NCBI GenBank assembly: GCA_040954595.2
Contig: CM082583.2
Span: 3,481,060-3,545,059, forward strand
DNA length: 64,000 nt
Source of the DNA: Balanoglossus misakiensis
Taxonomy: Eukaryota > Animalia > Hemichordata
Reading direction: 5' to 3'
How positions within the stretch are numbered: position 1 is the first letter of the stretch; every line of letters starts with the position of its first letter. The notes beneath the pieces were generated by a model, which made no database searches, was not told the origin of the DNA, and worked only from the letters and a program-made list of their open reading frames with translations. The translations under genes and the position numbers were made by a program. Positions 1 through 14,200 of this stretch are shown here, in pieces.

Positions 1-121
1 ATGGCTGCGCCCATGAATCAAGAAGTGGCATGGTGCTCAAAGTAGATACCAGCGCAGGTGATCAGGACCGACATATTTTTGCCCGATAATCTAGGTACAG
101 ACGAGTGTGTAGTCAAACACG
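1..121 (+). other. Probable non-coding first exon (5' UTR) of ELP1 with a short uORF (MAAPMNQEVAWCSK*, 1-45)
   Basis: Donor-like G|GTATGT at 121/122 and acceptor TTGTTTGAACAG ending at 682, just before the ELP1 ATG at 695. ATGGCTGCGCCCAT resembles YY1-type motifs found near housekeeping TSSs. Confidence 0.45.
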
Positions 122-385
122 GTATGTTAGCTGCCTTTTTACTCCATGTATTACACAAGTACGACGATCGACATTTCCAGCCGAACATTTATTTATGATT
201 TGGATTCCACCAGCAAGCAGGCCAGCAATCATTGCATTTGCATTGCAACTACTATTTTAACCGTGCCGACCGGTGCTTCAGACGGTGAATCTGCAGTGGA
301 CGCTTTTACACCATCGCGAAGCGATCGTATCTCGTGCCTTTGTCAATGATTGTAACCACAGCCTCTGTTGCCTGTGATTGTAACA

Positions 386-458
386 CTGCGTACAGGTCTG
401 TGTGTTCCCGGCGTTACACGGCCTCCACCACGCCGGGAACACACAGACCTGTACGCAG
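386..458. repeat. Perfect 29-bp inverted repeat (hairpin / MITE relic)
   Basis: CTGCGTACAGGTCTGTGTGTTCCCGGCGT (386-414) and its exact reverse complement (430-458), with a 15-nt loop. Confidence 0.85.
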
Positions 459-694
459 AGCCACAATGGTTGTAGCGGGTGCGCGTTTGGGCGGGGGGGG
501 GGGGGGGGGGCTGATTCAGCGGCCCCTCCCCCAACGGTACAGCTGCGTACCACAGCTAGTGCTGCTACTGCTAGGTTGACCTGCACTGGCTGTGCTGCAT
601 TTGATTCTCTCATAGAGAATCTTGAACTTGTAACTAATTTCTTTATCTATTAACTAGTTTCTTTATCTATTTGTTTGAACAGTTACATTTAAAG

Positions 695-3600
695 ATGAGA
701 AATTTAGAATTGCGCCAGAGTGACTGCATCAGTGGATTCACTGAGCTGTACTGCGTACAGTGTATGACAGTGGATTGCGACACTGGACAAGTTTTTGTGG
801 CAACATCAAAGGGCATTGTGGGACTGGACCCACGTGAACAACAGGTAGTGTAGTGCTGATGGCACATCCTTTATAAAACACCCCAGCCATGGTATACCAC
901 TCGATTTTGACCAGTTCACGACATATACGCACGAGCGATAGCGAGTGCGTATATGGAGTTGAACTGGTCAAAATCGAGTGGTATACCACGGCTGGGGGTG
1001 TTTTATTGCTATTATATTATGCCAGTATATTAAAACTTTGCATAAAACATTTTAAAAAGACATTTTCTTTGACTATGATATATGACTGTGGTATATGGCT
1101 AATATATCACAGTCACGTGTCGTGTCTCGACCAATAAAATAGCGTGATTTACACCATCAATATACTGGTATAATATAATGTATTTTAGAAGAGTACATGT
1201 ATGTTTATACTGAAGCATATGTATTTTTTGTTTGCAGGACCTTGAATTCTACACCTGAGTAAAAGCTACAAAATTTATATTGCCAGAAAGACCCCCCCCC
1301 CCCCCCCTGGCTATATTAAAAGGCACAAGTTTATACGTAACGTCTGTATTGAAATGTGATAACACAATATATTGTGCCTTTCAGATTACTCTAAATGTGT
1401 CACTTGTGGATGAAGCATTCTTGTCCCCAGATGGAAGTGGTCGCATTGTAGGAATTCAATACTTACCCGATCAACAATCTGTTTGTGTTGCCTCTCAACA
1501 AGGTGATGTGATACTCTGTGACTGTACAACTCAGCAGGTAAACCCCAAACACTTAGATAGAATAAATGTTAAAATTATATTGACATGTCATCTTTATTTG
1601 AAAGTACCAGTCATTGTTAGGTTTGTGTAGATGTGTTTCGTTGATGCTGCATTGCAAAATTGAAGGAACCAGTTGGGAATGTGGTCAGTCTGTGTATGTG
1701 TAGGTTTCAAATTTTAGAACTTTTTGTGTCATGTTTGCTACTCTGAAGTCAGTCTTGTTGCATCAATTCTATTTTATAGGGTACTTTATGTTTTAAAAGT
1801 CCTACGATCCCCCTTTGCATCTAATCCTCAATTTGCTGATCACATTCAGATAGCATAAACATATTTTCCTTGAATTTCACTCTCAGTCATCACCTTTCTA
1901 CCAGGCTATATGAGAATTGATGATTTCAAATTAACCATCAATTTGCGACACCTTGACAGTATTATTCCACTCTCATCAGTATGTGTTGTGTATACATTTC
2001 CCAAGTTGTTTGTTATGCAACATTATGAAGTTCATATAATTATATTGCAGAGAGACACAACATACTCTTATATCTTACAAATCAAGGTTGCTCTAGATTA
2101 CCAGTTGCACTGGAAGATATTAATTGATGAGATTCATGACAATCTTGCTAATTTACTACGGAATTCTTTTTACCAGCAACAAACGGCAAACTGGCAACAT
2201 CGTATTTCTTTCATGCCAGCAACGCGTTATCTCTAAAATTGTAACAACGTCACAATATACTAGACAAAGAGGCGTCCCCCCATCCCAATTGCGCAGTTGA
2301 AGTACGTGCGTGTTGAGAGAGAGACGTGAACAGAAAGGGGTAGGAGACTGACTTGAACACGGACGACGAGAGTTGTTTAGCGTGTCGAACGCTGCTCTAC
2401 GAAGCTCGTAGTTACCTTCTGACCGGGACATTTGCGCTTGAACGGACTGGGTTCCTTCCGATAGGTTCTTGCCGATTGCCGCACGCCGGCGGGTATGAAA
2501 GTGTAGGCGAAGACGTCGATCCACCGGCCAGCAGCACCGCTCCCAACATGACCAGCTCCACGCCACTTTGAGGTGCACCGCAGTTGGATATCCCACCCCG
2601 GCTGCCGGACAGCATATGAAGGTGTCTGAGGCTTTTTCTAGTCAAAGTGTACACGTTTAAAACTTTGGGGTTTTCGGAATGGGAAATAGCAGAACAAGAA
2701 CATGGATATATACTAAATCATGAACGCCAAACAAACACGTTGAAAAAGCCAGATCTGAAAAAAATTCATGTGGCGTCCGCCGCTGGGCGCATTGACGCGT
2801 CAACGTTTTTTTTTCAAACAAAGTAACCTGTCACGATTGCTGCCACAAACAACAAGTTCATGCGTAGGTCGAGAAAGTTCTCAAGCGGCCGGGTGATCGC
2901 GGCAAGGTTAGCGGCGGCCTCGCACGCCCGAATTTGCCACAAAACTATCAGTCCACACAGCAATGCGGTTCAAACTCTTCCGTCGTATTTATTTCAACAC
3001 AAATTCAGAATACAACACAGCAGTTTGGTACGTCGTCTCTAACCTACACTGCTAATTCTCATCTCAATCGTCTCTCTTCGCAATAGGCGGATTCTCTAAA
3101 AGAAAGTACAACAGACAGGATACACTGCAACCCGCGGCACTAGGAACGGCAAAATTCACGTCTCTGCTTCACAGGAATCTACCGACCTGAAGTGGGAGGA
3201 ACCCAGTCCGTTCAAGTACAAATGTCCCGGTAAGAAGGTAACTACGAGCTTCCTAGAGCAGCGTTCGAGTCGACACGTCTCTCTCAACACGCACGTACTT
3301 CAACTGCGCAATAGGGGATGGGGGGGCGCCTCTTTGTCTACTAAATTGTGACGTTGTTACAATTTTAGAGATAACGTGTCGGCCCCTCAAAGAAAGCCGG
3401 TGTTGCTAGTTTGGCATTTGTTGCTAGTAAAAAGAATTCTGTGGTACATGTTTTCAGTCTTCATCAAACCCCACATGCATCATCAGTTCATGTCTGGTTC
3501 CATGGTTCACATCAAATGTTGATAGTTGCATTGTTGTTACTTGAATTCCTCTCCAGTTGGAGTGTGTTGGAAGTGTTGACAGCGGTCTGACAAGTATGTC

Positions 3601-5200
3601 GTGGAGTCCTGATCAAGAGCTTGTTGTCTTGACAACATCAAGAGATACAGTGATCATGATGACCAAAGACTTTGATCCAATCCTAGAAGTTGACCTGCAC
3701 ACACAAGACTTTGGTGAACGTGAGTAGAACTCATTGAGCTATCTAAGATAACATGTGTTCTCTTGACATCTTGGTCGAGGTAACGACAGAGTTCTGTATC
3801 CAGAAAAAAAGTTTACAAAATGACATATTTGCAATGCTCTTTATACCAGGGTAGTGGCTAATACATTATCAGGTATCTATTTTTTTTCTCATGATTAAAA
3901 AAGTAGACGTCACTCTTCTTGATTTGCTTTGAGAATGACATTTCATCAAGAGGTGATCTGAAAATGAATACACACAAAGACACTACTGCAAACACTGAAA
4001 CAGCATATACTGGTTGTAGACTCTCTCACAGCCCCTCTCGTCGTCCATGCAGGCTTATGGACTGATTGCATGTGTGCTAAGGTTCGCTACACAACACCAG
4101 ACGGTGCTTCTCCCTTGCCAAACGGTTGAGGGCGCATAGCGAACCGTGGGATGTGAGAGAGTCTAATACTGGTTGCTACCAATGAGCCTCAAATGTATAT
4201 TCAGGTAACAATAGAACTTTCACCAGCAATCAGTCTCCATTGCACTTGTATGTTCCAAGGACCAACTTATACTTTTGCTATTAAATACAGTTTAATTAAA
4301 TCTAAAAGCTTAAATTTTGATAACGTTGAAATTTCTGCTTACAAAGACAGTAGTAAAGATGCCTGTTTATGCATACAGGTCATGAAAGGTTGTATGTCTT
4401 CTTGTCAACACCAGTGTCAAGGGGAAATTCAGTCCAGCTGATTTCTACATAATGTGCATAATTATGTAGAAATCAACTGAACTGAACTTCCCCTTTTAAT
4501 TGACAAATACGGCAGCAACAAAAAAATAATAAAAGAATAGAAAATAGAAAATCTCTGAAAAATGTGCCATTACTTTGATATTTTAAAGTGTTATATAGAA
4601 AGGTAGAGTTTTCAGTTTTATCGCAGTTGGGTAGGGGTGAGCAACTAGCGTGGGAAATGTTCTAGTCCATCATCAAATATTTTCTCATGTCCATGTAATT
4701 TCTGTAGAGAAACCAATAACAGTTGGCTGGGGCAAAAAAGAAACCCAATTCCACGGATCAATCGGAAAGGATGCTGCAAAACAGTCAGAAGAGAAAGTTG
4801 AAGCTGCACAGGAATGGGACGACCGGAATATGCGTGTTAGTTGGAGAGGAGATGGACAGTTCTTTGCCATCACATCAGTACATCCGATCAACGGTTAGTG
4901 CAAAAGAAAAATTTGTCTTCTTGACAGTCCTGATGTTAGCTTTATGAAGGTGCTTGTCATATTTGTGTTTGTAGGGGCAATTTTTACCATTTTTGGTCTA
5001 AAGAACCATTTGTCAGATTGCTATGACACTTGATAGGTGTGTTCAAATATTTTTTTTTACATTTCTGTATTCATGTATGGTGAGATCATCACTGCTTGCC
5101 AATTCACCTGCATGTGATATTTTTTCTGGTGCACTCCTATTTCTGTACACCTATTTTCTATATATGTACATGTATGTATGCATGCATGTTTGTATGTTTG

Positions 5201-5234
<34 letters not shown>

Positions 5235-8200
5235 TGTATGTATGTATGTATGTATGTATGTATGTATGTATGTATGTATGTATGTATGTATGTATGTATG
5301 TATGTATGTATGTATGTATGTATGTATGTATGTATGTATGTATGTATGTATGTATGTATGTATGTATGTATGTATGTATGTATGTATGTATGTTTTTTGG
5401 CCATTATGAGTGCAGTCAGTACCCTTCAAGGTAATCTGAATTTCTACTGTTACAGGATGTCGTGTCATCAGGATCTGGAATCGTGAATGTGTTCTACAGT
5501 ACACCAGTCAATCTATCAATGGATTAGAACAGCCGTTAGCGTGGAAGTAAGTACAGAAAAAATCTTTCTCATGAATTGCGTTGGGAATATTTCCTTGCAC
5601 TTATAGTAACAAAGTCTCTCTCTCTCGCTGCCCTTTATTCCATTATTTATGTTTAATACAAGACACCGTTTATGTTATTCTACATGTGGATATATAGTGA
5701 ATCAACGTTCGACCACACATACCTTCCATCCCGCTTGTAGACAGAAAAAAGTGAAAAAGTGAAAAAACTCGCCAAAATGAATAATAGTTCTCTACCATTA
5801 ATCCATTTTGGGCGAGTTTTTACTCTCATATCATACAAGCGGGATGGAAGTTGTGTGTGGTCGAATGTTGATTCACTATATATCCACATGTAGAATAACA
5901 TATATATAAATCACACAATGTTGTCTTTTCCGATTAGACCATCAGGTAGTTTGATTGCTTCAAGTCAAAGGCTGCCACACCGACATGATATTGTGTTTCT
6001 GGAGAAGAATGGATTGAAACATGGGGAATTTACTCTGCCATTTGACAAACTACAAGTTAAGGTAATTCTAGACTGGAGGCTCTGTCTCTTGAGCTGCTCT
6101 CTATCTCTTCCGCTATGTAGTCTGGTTGTTTTTTGTTACCAACAGATGACAAAAAAACTTTCATTTATGGGGTCAGCTCAACTAGTTCTAAACCTGTGTA
6201 GGTACTTGTTGAATATTTGAATAATCAGTGTACGGTCAAGATACTAGCCAATCAGTGATCATTATGGTCAAAGTCTGTTACTGCAAAGTATAATAACACA
6301 CAAAAAATAAACATTTCCACATTCATGTTCATTTGTGTGTAACAGAAGAATTTTAGCCAAAGTCACAAACTGCAATTTAATAAACAAATCCACTTTGTAT
6401 TTTTTTAATAAGGTTGTGGAAGTATTATGGAACACTGATTCTAGTGTCTTAGCTGTGTGGCTTGAAGATCTGCCAACTGAAGAAAAAATGGTTGATTTTA
6501 AACCAAAATCTTATGGTGTGTAAATAATAAATAGCTAAACCAGATATGAACTGAATGTCCTCACATGATACGTGACAGATCATTTCAGTGCATTGATCCG
6601 TTATGCACAAGTTGTTGGATGCCAGTGTGCTGTGTGGGCATCACACGCATGATGCCACATCACAGAAGGATACCTAGAACCGGATAAATCAGAGCTTGGT
6701 ATGTGAAGTTGAGATTGGTGATTTTTAGGCTATTCTCCAAATATTGCCCTGAGCAGCAACTGAATTCAATATTTTTGTTCTGTTTTAATGTTTTCAGTTC
6801 AGTTGTGGACTATGAGTAATTATCACTGGTACTTGAAACAAACTCTTGAGTTTGGGCCAACAGAGGAAGAAAGGATTGTTGCCATCCAGTGGGACCCTGA
6901 ACATGTATATCGCATTCACATTGTGTGTTATGCAGGAAATTATTTTCAGTATACATGGTCTTGGGCAACACATTGCAGTGGTGGAAAGTCAGAAAGTGAT
7001 AATGCATGTGTTGCAGTCATCGATGGAGGTATGTTGTTGAATTGAGCATATTTGTAGATTTGCATATGTAGTGAGAATTTCAAAAGATAAAAACAGAGGA
7101 GCATCTGCTGCTACTATACTGTCATTGTCATCACCTCCACCATCAATCAATCAACAAAAGTTTAAATAACGCCAAAATCCAAAACAAGAAATTTTGCCCA
7201 ATGATGCTCATGGTTAAACCACACTGTACGCTCTTTTGAACATATGAGTGTTAAGTTTTCTCATCAACATCATCATCATCATTTACAGCAACAACAACTA
7301 CACTATGACATGTATCATTATTGCAACCTTTTCCATTCCTATCAATTGAATTAAAATGCCATACCAATTTCTTATTGTTGTTTTTTTCAGCCCGTGTCTT
7401 GTTGTCACCATTTCGGTCTGTGATTGTACCACCACCAATGTGTGCGTATTACTTACAGTTGCCATGTGCAGCAAATCAGGTGTTTTTTGGATACGACAAG
7501 CGTAGTAACGACATTGTTGTGGTACTCTCAGATGCAACCATCATGGTATATCACTACGCTACAGGTACGTACTATATGAGGTTATTACGAAAATACCGCA
7601 AAGTATGCACGAGGACATTAGCGCTGAGTATCGCCCGACGCGTAGCGGAGGGCGATGCGCTGCGCTAATGTCCGAGTGCATACTTTGCAGTATTTTCGTA
7701 ATAACCTTATTATTATACATCTTACATCTCCGATAGTTCTTGTTTTGCATGTTACTTGGCTTTCAAAACGCACAAAATGCTGATACAATCGATCGAAAAC
7801 CGCTCAGTGAGCAGCCATCTTTCTTTTTTGTTTACGTACGTGCGCGTGCGTTGGAGTGGGGTATCTTGAAACCGTCCGCATAACAATGCATACCTGTACA
7901 CGGTGAGTTGGGGCGCCTTGAAACCTAAAACTTATTTAACGCGCGTTCCGTACGTACCGTTCCGTACGGCTTTTTATTGCACGCCAAAATCTATTGTTCT
8001 CGGCACTAGATGTATAATAATGATTTTTATCCTGATTTGCATATATTTGATGCTACAGTAATTTCTCTCTGATCAATATGGTAATGAGAAGAGAAAAATG
8101 ACTAGTATTGATGTTAAACATATGCACAGTAAAAATAACTCGCACAGAAAATAAAAACACTTGCATCTATTCCAACAACCAATACATATCATACTAGCAA

Positions 8201-11200
8201 CAAATACCTGTAATACTTGAATTTCTTGTACAGTTTGGCCGGTTGCCATTGGTACTGAATAAATTATTATTATTAACAACCAGTACACTTTTGTAGGAAG
8301 CAAATGATAACTGAGCATAAAAGTGTTCTCCTCTGTACTGTGATAGGTTTTGAGAATTGTGTCGTGGAAGAAAGTGCGCCCCCTACCATAGTACATGTAC
8401 ATGTAGGGCTCCAACATTGTGCAACCAGACAGAAATGCAGACTAGATTGGGTCTTTACTTGGAACTACTTGTATTTTAATCTGCAGATATGAAAGCAAGT
8501 GATGGCAGTGTTCACGTACAGGCTGCTGGTGGCAATGGTTTCAATAGGACAGTACCTACACACAAATTGTTGTCAAGGTTTAGGTAAGAAACACAACACT
8601 AAAATACTGCAGTATTTTTAAACTCTTACCCTTTCCACAATTTTACCAGCATTTTTAATTTGCAAATATTGTGTGGAAAATATTCAAAATTATTTCACAT
8701 GGTAGTCCCCGTGCAAATTTTGAGGATAAAGAAACATTTCATTTCTTCTATCTCTTACTACAGTGAGTTGTCGACCTTATTATAATGTGATTTGACCCCC
8801 CAGCACAAAGTGAAAACATATTCAAGTCAGCCAGAATTGTCCATTTTCTGTACAGGTTAATGAAAGATGGACAGCCACTGGAATGGAAACATCCACTCGC
8901 GCTGAGCCATTTCACGTGGATCTCAGATGACACAATACTTGCTGTTGCCATGGAAACCAACTGTTCAGAATCTCATATTCACGAACTTCAGCTTTTGCAA
9001 TCCGATGGTTCTGAGAATCGGTTAGTTGTAAGGTAAGATGAGCATATATGTATGTTTTTGAATGTAGAAATATGCTGGTGAATTTTTTTTCCAAAATATA
9101 GACTATTACGGTAATACACAACAATTTTCATAGTTCACAATCTTCATATCGACTGATGGTGGACCTGGTTGTTATACTCAAGAATGGGAAGGTGAAGCTT
9201 ATACTCGGTAGGGTTTTGAAACTTATTTGGTGATACATTAGAAGATTAGACAGGATGTGACGGCAAAGGCTATGTTTCTTAACAGATCATCAACAGTAGT
9301 TGATGGTAAAGTGTATGGGATACAAAGCAGTTGCAGAGGCAATGTAGTAATACAGCTGAATGATGGCAGTTTGTTGAGATACGACACGACTACATCCACC
9401 ATCGCACCATGGACAACCAACAGTGGTTTACAGGTCAGGTTTCCTCAACCCTGTATCCAAATGGAGATCTGTCAATTTGCTGATGAGGTTAGTGAGAACA
9501 GCTTTCTGTGGAAAAATAGACATTTTAATGAAGGCATTCTGTAGAATGTGTGCTAATGGTATTGTTTCAATTTTTGTTAAAAATGTGATCAACATTTACA
9601 GAATAATAGATGTATAATTAACGCACAATTTTAAAATTAGAGATTTCATTCTATTTGTTAGTCTTTGGTATTTCATCAAACTTGAATGTAAAGGTTTGAT
9701 ACAAGAATTATTTTCATACAAATTCTAAAATATTTCAAGCCAAGCTTTCAATGGCAGTAATTTTTTGTGTGATAAGCGTAAAGTCAATCCCAGTTCACTT
9801 TCCATCGCTCAATATAGTTATAGTCTTGTATAAATTGCAGTTTTATCTCTTCTACAGGAAGCTGTGTTGGGATTAACAGAAAGATATCGTTTCTACGTGA
9901 ATGATTTTGAAGTTGCGTCCAATTGCACATCATTTGCTGTCCATGATGAATATGTACTGCTGACCACCCACTCACATACATGTTGTTGTTTGAGTCTGGA
10001 TAACACCATCACATGTAAGGACCTACTTTCAATTATGTGACAGGATGCTTTTGAAGACATAACAGTTTTCAATGTTGTCAATTATGCATTCTAGTCACAG
10101 AAGTCTTGTCCTCCCTCAGCAGACTTTAAAAAAGGGATAGTGTTTTGAAAACATTCAGCATAATTCAGCAATTGTCAGTTTTATTACTATTTTCTGAAGG
10201 CAGTAGTATTGTTGTCTACAGCTTGATATAAAAAGACAGTTCTCCCTAAGTCAACCTGTTTGGATCAAAATGTAAATTCAAGTATTTGTAGAGTAGACAA
10301 ACACACAGACATGTGTATTGCAATGTGATGTCTGCTAAACAGGAAAATGATACTTCTTTGTTAGTTTTAGCCATGTAAACCATGATACAAAGCAGATATC
10401 AAGTTACCAAAAAATGTTTGTGTTACTTTTTTGTATTTTTCATCGTCAGCAACCTGGATACCATTTTGTAAATTTGGTAGTCAAGGCACAGAGCACTTAG
10501 CAGTCAGTTGACACTAAACTACCAACAGTTTCGATCTGCATATATTCATCCAAGTTTAAATCAGATCAGTGTCATAACAGCATATACAAGTAGCTGGTGT
10601 GTTTAGTTCACATTTTTTTCTCGTTTGTCTTCATTACTGATAGCGCTGGTGTCATGTACCGATGGAAATCTCTCGGCTTTTAGTGAGAGTATTCGTCGTG
10701 TGGAGAGGGGTTCAAGAATAGTTGTAGCTGTCCCTAGTGACACCAAAGTAATCCTGCAGATGCCACGGGGTAACCTGGAAACCATTCATCCAAGACCATT
10801 AATGTTGTCGGCCGTCAAGAAATATCTGGATGTATTCCAGTACAGGGATGCTTTTATTGCTATGAGAAAACATCGTCTTAATATGAACTTGATCTATGAT
10901 CATAATCCTCAGGTGAGTGTCAACTGATAGATGATTTGACTTGTCAGATATATGAGAGTCAAATCCAAATGTAATCTCCATTTCCAGAATGTAAAGTAAT
11001 TATGAAGGTAAAGGACTCATTTTCATTAAAATATGTTGTCCATCCTTTTTCTTTAAATTTCATGTTCAGAGTGATAACAGCAACTGCTTCAAGCAAACAC
11101 TTTCAACTATATGTGTGATACAAAGTTTTAAAAAAGTCGCATTTCTTGAAACATTCTGTCATACCTAAGCAAATATTGAAGACCTTGGATCAGTGCTTAT

Positions 11201-14200
11201 GGCAACTGTTGACTGCATGTATATGTTGTGTGTGTTATCTAATTTGTATTTTTAACATGCACAGTACACATACATTTGAAAACACTCTTAGATTCATATT
11301 GTTGTCATCTCTGAAAACTAGAAATGTTTCAAAACTTGTTGATACAAAATTAACAATATTTATTTATCGTATCACTCAGCTATAGATAGAAAAACCTTGC
11401 AGAATGCCGACAATGTGCTACCACATTTAAACACACTGTTGAATTTTTTTTTTTTGGGGGGGGGGAGGGGGGGGAGAAATTATGTCTTAGTGACAGAGCA
11501 AATCATAGTCCACGTAATTCTCAGTAAAGTATTTAGTGGCCACTTAGACTTTTGGGATCTGGGTTGGATGAAAACCCTCAGCGTGCAATAACTACCGTAA
11601 TGAATACATATATTTAGAAATTAACGATTTTCAATCCTTATAACTGACAGGGATTTCTGGAGAATGTGGATAAGTTTGTCAGTCAACTGGATGACACCAA
11701 TCACATCAACTTGTTCCTGGCTGACTTGAAAGCTGAAGATATGACATGTACACTATATAGAGAGGCATATCCAAACAGACAGAGCACAATCAAAATGAGT
11801 GAAAAAGTGGACAAAGTTTGTGAGAGCGTCAGACAAGCTTTGCAAGAATTTAACCCAACAAAGTAAGTACATGATGCAATATCCTGTGTTCGCTTGGGTT
11901 TTCAAATCAAAAGGCCTGAAAAAAATGTACAAGTTTCTTGTCCAAAAGGTATACCGGTACATTTATCTTCAATAATGTAAAAATAGTAAAATTCTTCTGC
12001 TAAATTTTTAACTAGCTTGGCCCACTATCTTTCGTCACTAAGCCTTACCATTTTTAACCAGAATTCTTTATAGAATATTGTTTTGCTGCAAAAAAGGAGA
12101 GTTGATGTGTATTGATCGATTCTTTTGCCAAATGTTTCTTTAGAAATTCATGTACAATGCTGTGGATGGACATGCCATAAAGATATGCTTATGATGGCCA
12201 AGGTCTGTCTGTCTGTATGTTATGATGTGATTGATGATCAGCTAATTTGTATTTTATTTGTTTGCAGACACTTCCTGTCAATTATCACAACTCATATAAA
12301 GAAAACCGTACCAGAACTGGAAATAGCATTGAATAAAATCAAGGAATTGCGTGACAACATTGGTGATGGTGTGGTGAGTGCAGACGAAGCTTTGCGATAT
12401 GTCATCTGTTTGGTGGATGTCAATGACCTCTACAATGTGGCGTTAGGAACTTACAATTTTGATTTGGTTCTTATGGTGGCGGAGAAATCGCAAATGGTAA
12501 GAGTTCTATACAAATGAAGGTTGTTTCTTTTTTGTGTCCTGTAGTCTATTGCCAGACAATTATTGCAGTACACTAGTGTTGGTAATACTAAGATCACAAT
12601 GCATATAATGTACATGTACAAACAAATCTGTATACTGTAATTATTCCTGTAATCCATGATCTGTTATTGTATTAATTTTATATTCACAGGATCCCAAGGA
12701 ATATCTACCGTTTCTTAACAAGCTGAAAAAACTGGAAAGTAATTATCAGAAGTACACAATTGATAAACACTTGAAGAGATACAGTAAAGCATTGGGACAT
12801 ATCAGTCAGTGTGCTGAACACTGGGAAGAATGTCTGGATTTGATCGAAAGTCATGAATTGTATGTGGAAGCACTCCAGATTTTCAAGATAGGAACTATGC
12901 AATATGAGGTCAGTGGAATGATTGTCCGTGTCTGTTTAGGTCTTGATTCACATTATGTACCATACATTTGATATGAATTTGCCATGTGACCATTTAGTTC
13001 AAATGTTCTCATGCTATGGCAGACAGTTACAATATTTTTTAGCAATGAGTTGTCTTTTTGCATGCCAGCATAATGTTTGGTAATACGTGTACATATGTGT
13101 ATCTAGAATTACTGCACCAAATTAGATGAAACATTGTACAAAGATGTGGTTTAGTATATGTGTAACATTGCTTATTGAAAAATACCTGCGTCAAAATGAA
13201 GTCATTTGTAATATACATTTTTACATCACAGTGATATGATTACATTAAAATTAAGCTGTTTCATGATAATTTATCTCAATTTTAGCAAAATTACTGATTT
13301 TGACAAGATTTATGTAATGGCGTACTACTATTCAGTTCATGTCTGGTTGTTGCAAAAGTTGAATGTTCAAATGATAGCTCACATCAAAAATACCTGTCAG
13401 GGTTTATGATATAGTGAATAACAGTTAGGGTGATAAAAAACTGGAATTATAATGTGTACTTAAACATTCTGTTGCATTTACTTTTATGTTCTTATCAAAT
13501 ATTACCATTAAATGTACAATGTACTGTAATTATTTCCAGAGGATAGGATTGATGTATGCAGAATATTTAGCTGGTCTGCATCGAGTAGAAGAAGCTGGAC
13601 TCGTGTATCTGAAATGTAATCAAGATGAAAAAGCTTTAGAAATGTCTAAAAGATGTGGCAACTGGAGACAAGCAATGTGTCTGGCCATTCGATTGAAGTA
13701 TGACAAACAACAGATGACCGAATTGGCAAGACAGCTAGCAAGTAAGTACATCCTACAATCAATAATCTTTTTAAAGCTCCAGTAGCTGTAACTTTTCATA
13801 ATGTTTTCAGTATTTGTTGTTTTGTGTGTCTAATGCAGTTTCTTGTTCAACTCCCTGAAGCATAATGAAAACAAAAAATTCATCTTTTCAAATAATTGAC
13901 AAGTATGTATGTATCTTTGAAACAGGTTATCTCCATTCTCATCGACAATTTAATGAAGCTGCTTATTTATTAGAATATTATGTAAATGACGTTGAAGAAG
14001 CCATTGTAACACTGCTTGAAGGATATGCATGGCAAGAAGCATTGTTTGTGGTGAGTATCATTGTTTTGAACTTGAATTTGTGGTTTGTGTTCCCACAATA
14101 GCTCATAAGCCACTGGTGTGAGAATTAAACTGCGTGCAGTTGTAGTACCCTCCACTGAATATTTTCACGGTTTGCTTAGACTCAGTCTGATTAAAAACAG

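Noticed and set aside
2156-3042. ORFs of 60-146 aa inside the long-TIR element
   Set aside because: No transposase or other motifs; consistent with chance ORFs in GC-richer repeat DNA.
5023-5504. ORFs with MYVC/HTYI repeats (also 30267-30702)
   Set aside because: Translations of (TATG)n/(CATA)n intronic microsatellites.
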